64,000 bases of DNA, from the NCBI GenBank assembly GCA_002269645.1, contig NIVC01001079.1, positions 1 to 64,000 of the forward strand, read 5' to 3'. The translations under genes were made by a program, and so were the position numbers. The first letter of the stretch is position 1. Each line of letters starts with the position of its first letter. This DNA is from Macrostomum lignano (taxonomy: Eukaryota). This document shows positions 1 to 11,400 of this stretch, in pieces. A model generated the notes under the pieces. The model saw only the letters and a list, made by a program, of their open reading frames with translations. It was not told the DNA's origin and did no database searches.

Positions 1-80
1 ATGTCTATGGCACTGGAGAATATGGAGAGTGATGTCTATGGTACCGGAGAATATAGAAAGAGTGTTGTCTATGGCAAGAC
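1..80. repeat. ~32-bp tandem repeat at the window edge
   Basis: tgtctatgg..ctggagaatat..agagtg, about 2.5 copies. Confidence 0.6.
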
Positions 81-1460
81 GAGTGAAACACTAGTAGGAT
101 AAACAATGGGTATAGGCTAAGTGGGATACACTTATATTTGCTCTATCTGCGCATACAATATAGAACAGTCAAAAGCAAACATCGTTTTTGTTAGCTATAT
201 AAGTTACAGGCAGAAAAAGAATAGAAAACCTTGCCAAGGAAAATAATAAGACGAATATGAGCAGTACTCATGAGTTCATAGAAGCTTTTCTTTCGCGTAT
301 ACCAATGTTGTTAATAGTGTTGGTATACATGTAAATCAGCCCAGTTGTTCCACAACACCCCTAGGAAACGTGGCTACACCTAAATCACAGTTTACTGAAC
401 TATATGCTTAAATTTGTTCGGCCAGAAACTGTCCGGAAGGGAGCGCTCACTGACCGCACAACAGCCTGCACCCCAGCCTAATACCGTTAGTATTTTGCTT
501 TTTTGCCCAAATTGTGATTTGCGGGTTAGTTTTACCGTTGGTATAGTTTAGCCCAGATAATATAATAATACTAATATTAATAATAAAGCGTGCGACACGT
601 GCTAAATATGACTGAATGATTCATTTTACATGTAGCTGTATTACGTGTAAATTTTAAAGTAATTAACGAATGCAAGTGTGTGGAGGGGTAGCTGAGAAGT
701 TTAAAGTGAAGTTTAGCAAGGTAGCTTATTTGTTTAACTATCTTTTTTCAACATACTACTTACACGTCTGTCTATCGATTTTACTCGTAGATCTATATAA
801 TCACTTGTGTAAAGTGTGGGTAACGGTAGACCTCAAAGTGTTATCACAATATTTTCAATATTAATTCGCTCTATATTAACCGTGTCTGAACTGCATAAGT
901 TGATGGAATCATATTTTTCCAAACCGCCCTCTATTTTATAGGGCTATGCTATTGGGGTGCCAGCGCCCAAGCAAACAGAAAGGTGACGATAAAGTTTCAT
1001 ATTTAGTAAACGAAACGCATATTTATGCTACTATCAGTAGAAGCAATTGCGTTTTTCATTCTTAAAGTTTAATTTTGCATTTTTTTAAGAACTTGTCAGC
1101 TGAGAATACTGGAATTCTCCGCGAAAAAAACTTTGCAAATTTTTTGTTCACAAAACCCAAACGAGTGCACCGCGTATATTGTTTATTTTGTTAGGAATAT
1201 CACACACTATTTTCGTTTACAAAGGGAGCTCATACTAAAGAATTATGAGCTCATTTGTCAGCACAGCACCTTAGCATTGAAGTCGCCGCTTTCAGCACAA
1301 TAGAAAGTTAATTTTTGACTATATGATTTTGATCTTGAAAATATCATAGTAAATTATCATACAACTGCAACCATTTGCATGGCTGGAACAGACAGCATTT
1401 TTAGCGTATCATTTGTTTATTTTAACATTTCTAAAAAATTCCACCCGCTTTGAGCTGTTT

Positions 1461-2066
1461 GTTGTTGTTGTTAAACGAGGGTGGTAGCCAAAGGCTCCGC
1501 GGATCAGCCCAGGGAAGGGCTCTGCCGCTGAGTATAGGGGGCACATCTACCAGGGGCATATAGCCCGAGCAGCCCAGATTGAGACCTGACGTCATGGCCA
1601 GGGAGATAATACTAATTGGGGCTACTAACCCAAGCCTATGGACTAAGACACCGCCAACCCAAAAGTGGAATCAGGGACGGTGCTAGGACCGAGTCCACCC
1701 AGGCCACCACCCAGCAGACAAGTCGGGAGTGCGCGAAAAAGGAATTGGAATGAAAGAATGTTTGGGTTACTACTGAAAGCGGTCCGAGAGCAGGGAATAT
1801 CCTGAAGTCTACGGAAATGGCTTGATAATTGGAGTGAGTCTGGAAGGCTTGTTTCGAGGGCGAGTCTCCTGTCAGACAGGAAGACCGGCTACCTACAGGG
1901 CTGCGAGCCCAAGGGTATCACCTATTCAGCTCTATATTGGAGGCCAGGCCAAGGGGGCGGAGAGGGGCAACAAGGGGCAAGAGGAACCCGGACTCAGCCG
2001 GTTTTCCCCGATTCGGGACGAACATCCAACCCAGGACTCCAATCCACTGTCAGAGATGAGAGCCAA
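1461..2066 (-). mobile_element. Non-LTR retroposon/SINE-like insertion with (AAC)n tail
   Basis: Perfect 14-bp direct repeats GCTTTGAGCTGTTT at 1447-1460 and 2067-2080; (GTT)4 at the left end; GC-rich body in an AT-rich intron. Confidence 0.75.
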
Positions 2067-2272
2067 GCTTTGAGCTGTTTAGTTATACAAGAAAATGGTC
2101 GTAATTTTTGTTTTGAACTATTTCGCATATATTCATCGTAAAAAAACTATTTTTCATAATGTGCAAGTTGTCGCATGGAGGCACAAATTTCATTTGAATT
2201 ATTTTGTTTAAATCCTTCTTACCAATCAATAACAAGTAATTTCCTTTAGTACTGTTCTTATAAAACTTCCAG

Positions 2273-2429
2273 AACAGCAAAAAGGTGAAGCTTAGAGAGG
2301 TCGGCAAAGTTATCAAAGTTCTCGTCGGCGACTTTTATCAGCCTTTGTATGCGAAAAAAGATTTCGAGAAAAATTATACAAAGACAGTCGTGACTGCACA
2401 GAGTCCTGTTGACCAGTCCACTACCAAAG
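2273..2429 (+). CDS. TRPM2: TRPM exon (MHR region, KLREVGKVIKVLVGDFYQPLY)
   Basis: ttccag acceptor, gtgag donor; resembles TRPM2 LRELLGDFTQPLY. Confidence 0.85.
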
Positions 2430-5400
2430 GTGAGCTGAGAAATCGTATTGCTGCAGGAGTAGATTTGATTTAAGTGACCTAGAGTAGTGACTGCAGAAAA
2501 GGAGAAGAGGAGGGAAAAGGAGAGGAGAGGAGAGGAGAGGAAAGAGAGAGGAGAGAAGAGGAGAGGAGAGGAGAGGAGAGGAGAGGAGAGGAGAGGAGAG
2601 GAGAGGAGAGGAGAGCAGAGGAGAGGAGAGGAGAGGAGAGGAGAGGAGAGGAGAGCAGAGGAGAGGAGAGGAGAGGAGAGGAGAGGAGAGGAGAGGAGAG
2701 GAGAGGAGAGGAGAGGAGAGGAGAGGAGAGGAGAGGAGAGGAGAGGAAGGAGAGGAGAGGAGAGGAGAGAGGAGAGGAGAGGAGAGGAGAGGAGAGGAGA
2801 GGAGAATAAAAGATCACAGGAGACAGTTGCAGACCCAAACAACAGCTAATCCCGAAACCTAAACTCGAACGCCATCTCAGCCCTCGTCCAGACTGCTCAA
2901 ACGGGCTACCTGCCCGCCTACTTCTTCACCAAGAGCGGCCCGGGTCAAAACTCCGGCTCAGATGCTGCCGGGGTCGGCGGGGACAACATGCCGCAGGCGG
3001 TGCCAAAGCGTCGCAGATTGCAGGCGGGCGACGGCAGTCAGGAGACTCAGTTGGAGATCTGCGAGTACGAACGGTCGCCCATTAATTTTAGCGGTCGAGG
3101 TAAGCGAAACTAGCTGCTCTGCGTGACGTAGCAACGTAAGCTGAAAGCTTAGCTACGGGCATTAATTGGCAAGGAACACAAGCAGAAGTTACAACGTTAC
3201 TTCTAGTGGTGCTTCATTAGAGAATTGGCGATGCTGATAGTTAGGTCAAGATGTCATGTAGACAGAGGAGGGGTCATACAGACACAGAAGGATCATACAG
3301 ACACATTAGGGGTCATAAAGACACAGGAGGGGTCATACAACGGAAGTAGAAGTGGTCCTTGATAGCAGTGATAATTTTCCGCATAGCAAAAAAGGCTAAT
3401 GGGAGATTGCTGAGATGCTAAAATCAAATAGGAATCGCTAGGCCAAGCATCAAGTTGAGGGTTAGGGTTTGGCCATGGTCTAAGGCTCTTAGTGGATGCT
3501 GACATCGTCTTTCAGGTTTGATGCTTTTTTAAGCTGTACAAGGCTTACTAAATGTATTCTGTTTTCGAAAATGTTATTCCCTTCTTTGTTGCCTTCCCAA
3601 TGGGGGGCGAAGATTGATAATCCCTGCCTAAGTCAGTGCATTTACCTCTGGAAATTTTGTTTAAATGCAGCCTTTTCCAGGAAACCAGCGCACTTAAATC
3701 ATTCAACACGTGAGCTTATTTGTCAATTTTTATTAGACAACGTACGTTTTCCCGTTTTTCTTTTTGATGTGCCCCTAGCTGTAAATTCTTGCTTTTACCC
3801 ACAAATAAGTACATGTAAGAGCTGCCTCTTTCAGGGATATGCAGGGACTCCACTTTTAGTGTCAAAAACGATACTTTTAGGGTCTAGAGCGTCACTTTTT
3901 GGGTCAGAATTATCCAAATTTGGGGGAGTGACTTCTTCATACCAAAATCCCTCGTATCATCCGCAAAGTGCACACGATGAAGCGGGACGCCATCGCCGCT
4001 CATCACATCAGCTCGGAGTCCAGCGTCACGTTTTCCGATGGAATTCGATTTATCGATGAAGGTATTGAATTGTAGTTAAGCTACGATTATCAGCTAGAAA
4101 GTAGAAACAGTTCACATACCCAAAAAAAAAATTTTATTGTGAATTTTCACTACCAAATCCTATCTGGGTTTTTTTAGTTAAAAGCGAACTTAAATTTTTG
4201 TTTAAATAGATTTATTTTCACCCTGCACACTATCTTTTATCAATATCAGACGTAGTGCTGTGTATTTATTATATTCATAGCATTACAATTATAGTGTGAC
4301 AAATATCAGTTGTGATATGTAGCTTAATTCCAACTATTCAGCACACATTTTACACGCTTTTTCTAAGAAATAACACAATTACTCTTAGAAAGCCGTTTCT
4401 AGTACGCCATTATAGAAATTTGGCTGTGCCAATTCAAATTACTCTAATTATATATAGTAGCAAACTATTTGCATAGAGATATTACTGCAGCATTTTCTGG
4501 CCCGAAATTCGTTCATTTTTGTTTTACTTTTTATACATATGTAACCTATAAACTACTTATAGTAGACAAAATATGCATTTTTAAGCTTCCGCGCGTTTGT
4601 TCAATTGATATACGAAGTACTAGGCAATCGCTACACTATAATGAAGTGCATTTTGCTGTTAATCAAAATTTTAATTATTTGTATTCTTGAACAATTACTT
4701 TTAAGCATTATTTCTGAGGAACAGCGCTTTCGGTAGGATTGACATTCAAACTATCAACTTAATATTTCATTTAAAATAGACTATCGCCATTAAGCATATT
4801 GGTATTTTTGAATAAAAAATGATGGCACTATTTAAATTCTGTCGCAACACACAAGCATGAACTGGACATGTGGTTAATTTGAATTTGAAGAATGAATTTA
4901 TGCATATTATTTGCATATGGTTCTATTAGTTTTACGCACAATAAACTATTTATTTTAGAAACTATAGTTATTGCATTTCCAGATGGTATTGCAAAAAAGT
5001 TACTTTAATAGACTATAGGCAAATACAGAGAATTAGTTGAAAATTAGAGTCTGTAAACCTTTTACAACGAGATTAGATTGAAAGATTTAAACAAAATTTA
5101 AAATTTTTTTTAAATTTTCGGCTAGTAAATTTAACGGCCTCTAGGTGTTGAATGACAAAGATTTAAATTTATTTTAATTTAGCTAACTGTACACGTTATT
5201 AATCAACTTCCTAGGAATTCTTTAATCTCTATCTTGAGGTTTTGTCTTCCAATTGCGTATCTACGAGCTTTAATAAACTAAACTTGAAATTATTTTAACA
5301 AACATTTGGATGTCTCAGAACTTTCTCATCTCGCACTCGATATCCACAGACGATGACACTTCGGATAGCAACGCTCGAGGCTACGAGAATCCCATCATGG

Positions 5401-8400
5401 AGAGCTCATCAGATTCGCCAGCCAACGCAAGTGGAAGTCGAGCAACGCAGAGAGGTGAACATTTTTATGAATTGCAACTGGCATTACCTACTTACATGTA
5501 CCTAACTTCAACTGGATTAGGGTTGATAGAGTATTTTTTGCTAAACAGAAATGCAACTTGATAGACACGAGATGGTGCATGTCACCTGTTAGACAGGAGA
5601 TAGTGTCACCTGTTAGATAGGAGATAGTGTCACCTGTTAGACAGGAGATATAGTGTCACCTGTTAGATAGGAGATAGTGTCACCTTTTAGACAGGAGATA
5701 TAGTGTCACCTGTTAGATAGGAGATAGTGTCACCTGTTAGACAGGAGATAGTGTCACCTGTTAGATTGGAGATAGTGTCACCTGTTAGACAGGAGATATA
5801 GTGTCACCTGTTAGACAGGAGTTATAGTGTCACCTGTTAGATAGGGTTGTCGCCTGTTAGACAGGAGATAGTGTCACCTGTTGTTAGACAAGAGATAGTG
5901 TCACCTGTTGTTAGACAGGTAATAGTGTCACCTGTTGTTTGACAGGAGATAGTGTCGCCTGCTGTTAGACAGGAGATAGTGTCACCTGTTAGATTGGAGA
6001 TAGTGTCACCTGTTAGACAGGAGATACGTGTAGTATCGCCTGTTAGACAGGAGATAGTGTCACCTGCTGTTAGACAAGAGATATAGTGTCGCCTGTTAGA
6101 CAGCAGATAGTGTCACCTGTTAGATAGGGTTGTCGCCTGTTAGACAGCAGATAGTGTCACCTGCTGTTAGACAAGAGATATAGTGTCGCCTGTTAGACAG
6201 CAGATAGTGTCGCCTGTTAGATAGGGTTGTCGCCTGTTAGACAGGAGATAGTGTCACCTGTTAGATAGGGTTGTCGCCTGTTAGACAGGAGATATAGTGT
6301 CACCTGTTAGACAGGAGATAGTGTCACCTGTTAGATAGGAGATAGTGTAACCTGTTAGACAGGAGATAGTGTCACCTGTTAGACAGGAGATAAAGTGTCA
6401 CCTGTTAGACAGGAGATAGTGTCACCTGTTAGATAGGGTTGTCGCCTGTTAGACAGGAGATAGTGTCACCTATTAGACAGGAGATAGTGTCACCTGTTAG
6501 ACAGCTGAGATATAGTGTCGCCTGTTAGACAGGAGATAGTGTCACCTGTTAGATAGGGTTGTCGCCTGTTAGACAGGAGATAAAGTGTCGCCTGTTAGAC
6601 AGGAGATAGTGTCACCTGTTAGATAGGGTTGTCGCCTGTTAGACAGGAGATAAAGTGTCGCCTGTTAGACAGGAGATATAGTGTCGCCTGTTAGACAGGA
6701 GATAGTGTCACCTGTTAGATAGGGTTGTCGCCTGTTAGACAGGAGATAGTGTCACCTGTTAGACAGGAGATAAAGTGTCGCCTGTTAGACAGTAGATAGT
6801 GTCACCTGTTAGATAGGGTTGTCGCCTGTTAGACAGGAGATAAAGTGTCGCCTGTTAGACAGGAGATAGTGTCACCTGTTAGACAGGAGATATAGTGTCA
6901 CCTCTTAGATAGGAGATAGTGTCGCCTGTTAGATAGGGTTGTCGCCTGTTAGACAGGAGATAGTGTCACCTATTAGACAAGAGATAGTGTCACCTGTTAG
7001 ACAGGAGATATAGTGTCGCCTGTTAGACAGGAGATAGTGTCACCTATTAGACAGGAGATAGTGTCACCTGTTAGACAGGAGATATAGTGTCACCTGTTAG
7101 ACAGGAGATAGTGTCACCTGTTAGACAGGAGATAGTGTCACCTGTTAGACAGGAGATATAGTGTCACCTGGTAGATAGGGTTGTCGCCTGTTAGGCAGGA
7201 GATAGTGTCACCTGTTAGACAGGAGATAGTGTCACCTGTTAGACAGGAGATAGTGTCCCCTGTTAGACAGGAGATATAGTGTCACCTGGTAGATAGGGTT
7301 GTCGCCTGTTAGGCAGGAGATAGTGTCACCTGTTAGACAGGAGATATAGTGTCACCTGTTAGACAGGAGATATAGTGTCACCTGTTAGACAGGAGATATA
7401 GTGTCACCTGGTAGATAGGATTGTCGCCTGTTAGACAGGAAATAGTGTCACCTGTTAGATAGGGTTGTCGCCCGTTAGATAGGAGTGTGACACCTTTTAG
7501 ACTCGAGTGTCAAAAGTTACTCGGTGGTAATGCGCCTGGTTCGTACTAATAAAAAATGCATTTTATCCATTAATTTTGTGTAGTTTAAAACTAGAAGAAT
7601 GGAACGAGTGTTAAAGATAAATGCAAGTGCAGATACATACTGCCAGGAAATAATGAGTTTAAAAAGTTCTTTAACTTTTTGCTTCTTAACGTTCATCGCA
7701 AGACATCCTCGATGGATTAGTTACAAGGATGATTCGACCAGCACACTTGGGTAATGCAGTTGGAATTATGAATACCATGGATATTGTTGTATTTGCCTGA
7801 TTTCCCATGTTTACGTTCAGAAAGAGATTGTAAAAGTTTTTTATACTTACTAGGCTTACTGTTTGCGCAAATGCCATTTTTGTTACAAATATTTTGCATC
7901 TTTTTTTGCTTTTCACGCACAGAAATTAAGTAAATTTATCTAAAAAGCATATTTAAGCAGAAAATGTCAGCATAAGTCGGAAAAAAGGGGTCCTGTGAGG
8001 TTGATGAAGCGATGTACGAGTATGGAGAGTCTGTATGGATGTTCGAATACAAATACAAGCATTGAATGTACTTACTTTGATAAGAATAAATAATAGTTAT
8101 CTGCCCGTGAACGATCTTCGCAAAGTGTTTGTGCCAGCTCAATGGATTTATAGGAAAACTGCAAATCCTGTTTTGCTTGATCTTGCAATTCGCATGCGAT
8201 CTTAAATTTAGTGAAAAAACGCGCTTAAGCAAGGTTAACGTGTATTTAGCTCGGAATTCCATATTTATTCCGTTGTCATTTTGTCCATTCATTCCAACGT
8301 TGAAAGCTTAATTTGTCGCATCAATCGTTTTGCCTCTTAACTGTGTTGTGCCAGACTTTCTTAAACCGGTAAATTGAAAAGGAGCCAATAAATTGTTGCC

Positions 8401-11400
8401 AAATTCAAGCTGGCCATCGGTGGCGCGGCGCCGCCAAGCGTCAGGGAGGAAAAACGAAACCGCGCTTTGCTGAGCTGACCTCGATGCTAAGCGAGGCGCG
8501 ACCCTTGATTGGGATTGGCCCGAGCCCCGCTCAGGCCGAGGGTAAGAAATTAAGAATCAGTCTCGTAGTTGGCGTAGCTGGCGGTGGGGTTGGTGTTTAG
8601 GCCACTTTGATTTCAGGCCTTCTGACCCCTGCCAATGCCCCAGCTTAGAGAATTCTATACAACTCTCAACTAATTGGCGGAGTGGTTGAACTTTCAAGTT
8701 ATTTTGATTAGGGGTTTTTAATTAGTCCTCCAAGGCAATTTGTGTGGGGTGAGAAAATTCCACACCAGTCCTATCCTTTTTAGCGGTGGGGTTTGAACGT
8801 TCAAGCTATTTTTATCGGGGGTTTTAAATTAGTCCTTCTAGGCCATTTGTGTGGGGTGAGAAAATTCCACACCAATCCTCCCCTTTTTCTATTTGGCGGA
8901 GGGGTTGAACGTTCAAGCTATTTTTGTTTTAGGTTTTTAATTAGTCCTCCAAGACCATTGTGTGGGGTGAGAAAATTCCACACCAGTCCTATCCTTTTTA
9001 GCGGTGGGGTTTGAACGTTCAAGCTATTTTTATCAGGGGGTTTTTAATTAGTCTTTCAAGGCCATTTGTGTGGGGTGAGAAAATTCCACACCAATCCTCT
9101 CCTTTTTCTATTTGGCGGAGGGGTTGAACGTTCAAGCTATTTTTGTTAGGGGTTTTTAATTTGTCCTCCAAGGCCATTTTGCGTAGGGTTGTTTGGACGG
9201 CGGAGAGGGGTTGAACGTCCAGAATATTTTTATATAGGCCTGTAATTGTTCCACCATTGGTGGGAAAATTTTACACAGACTCTCCTCAAGGACTACTCAA
9301 GGTCTCCAATCTGCCATGATTGACAAAGGGATGTTTGGGCGCTTAGGCTAAATTGATTGTGGACCTAATTGCAATTGGTTTGAACAACCCAATAGACTTT
9401 CCCAATTCTGCTTTGGTCGAGAGATTAGCTAAACAGCAGACAGTCGGAATCTACTAATTTATCTGCGACCTAAACTGATTTGCACGCATAAAATATAACG
9501 CAGAAATGGCACAAGAGTTTAGTAGTAGCGACAGGTTTCTCTGACTCTTTCTTGAATTGTTAATCAAGCGATCTAAACATGCATTATGCGAATAGAACTC
9601 AGAGTCAGCTTTAGCATGCTCAGTAGTTAATCATTTTTGTCGAGAATGAGATTAATAGTTTTAGATTCATTAAAGCGTTATATTCCTAAATTTTTATTCC
9701 CAGCAGATTAGTCACAATCATAATGATGCTTTTAATGCTTACTTGCTTGATTGTAGTTGTTCAAACAAAGTGCATGCTGCATCTTAACAACTTTTTATCA
9801 TGAAAGCTATTGATTTATTGATTTATAGTCTCTAGTTCTGTGCGAAATAATCTAATTAATGAAGCAAAATGCGCTGATTGCTACTTACAGTTGAGTAATT
9901 AGTTCAATTAAATCCCACAAAAACGTGACAATCCGAACACAATGCGCCACACATTAAATAAGGCGGTGCCGGCCGGTCGCTGACAGACGATTCCATTGTC
10001 AGAATTCCCGCCGCCCCTCTGAGACGCCGCCGTTCCTCCCTGGAGTTCATGGAGATTCTCAACATTTCCCCGTCCATGTTCGACGCCCAGATGCCCTCCA
10101 TGCCGTCTGTCGCCTCCGCCGGGGATCTCAGCCTTGGCGGCGGCGGCGGCGGCGGCGGAGGCGGCGGTGGCAGGGGCGGCGGCAAGGCGGGCGGCAAGAA
10201 TGGTATCCCAGCATTCAGCTCAAACTGGTTAATGGAAGAAGGTATACTTTGTGTAGTCTGATCGGCCTTTCCTTAAACCATGATGTTTGGCCCGGCGATC
10301 CTCTTTGATGGACTATATAATTTTGCGAATGCCTTGCATTCATCTCCTGTATTTATATTGACTTTTATAAATACGCTCGTAGTATTACCTTCCCATTGCC
10401 TATCTATCACCTTAACGCGTGCATCTTTATTTACGCCAATTTATAAGTCACAATCAGATTGAATGACGTGTGCACTATTATTATCAGTTTGACAATTGAG
10501 TTTGTCGGTTCTGTTCAAGTTTTGAGTTTATTAAGTATTTATCTTGCACCGGTGAATGTATGAGGCATAATTGCTGAGGAAATCGGGGAATAAGTCTGGA
10601 ATTTCAAAGTACGAGAAGACCAAACACCCAGCTAGTTCTTCGGCCCATCACGTATCATTCACACACCCCTTCGGTCATTCACCCTCCATTCAGCAACGAT
10701 TCCCTTCACTTACCCTTCACCCACCTTTCACTCATCACTCACCCACCGTTTACCAACCCTTCCTAACGGGGGCGCTGATTGCTAGTAATGGAGCTTGTCT
10801 TTCAGTCAAAGATAAAAAACGACTTCAAGTGTTTTTAAGTAATCTTTGCCAAGATCACAGATCTCAATAAAAGCAGCCCATTTTCCCGGGATCTCAAAGG
10901 CCAACCAAGAATCAAAAGCAACCCAGAGGGTTTTTCACAAAAAAATTGTATCGTTTGGATTTTCCTTTAATTATGATTTTGTTTCAGTTTATAATTAAAA
11001 TTTATTTAAACTGTATCCTCTTGGATTACATGTAAAATAATGCAGGAAAGAGCAAAATGTCCCAAAACGTAGCGTAAGATACTACTAACCAAATTCAGTA
11101 GCTATCGACTCTATATATTTGTTATACCGGACAAAATTTAATTTTATCACCTGCTCGTCAAGTCATGGCATATATTTTATTGCATTCCGCTCGATTGCCT
11201 CTCGCCCCCATCCCGTGTGTAGCCGACCTGCAAAGACAGCTGGTTGAAGCGGAAGGTACAGCTATTATCGCCATTCTTGTGACGTCAAGTTTCTCGAACT
11301 AGTGCTCCTTACTGACTTAACTGTTATTTTGCACTTCTGTTTCGTATACTGCTTACTCACTGAACTAGCAAGACGTTGATTAGCAAAAAATCAGGAACCA

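Noticed and set aside
5577-7490. Regular repeat resembling a CRISPR array
   Set aside because: No unique spacers, eukaryotic intron, no cas genes.
7500-7530. Weak reverse match to 28S GAGTAACTATGAC
   Set aside because: Short match that merges with the end of the adjacent minisatellite; probably chance.
7690-8310. Hydrophobic short ORFs with a faint MFS-transporter-like phrase (RPAHLGNAVGIMN)
   Set aside because: Interrupted by stops, and no family can be supported without a search.
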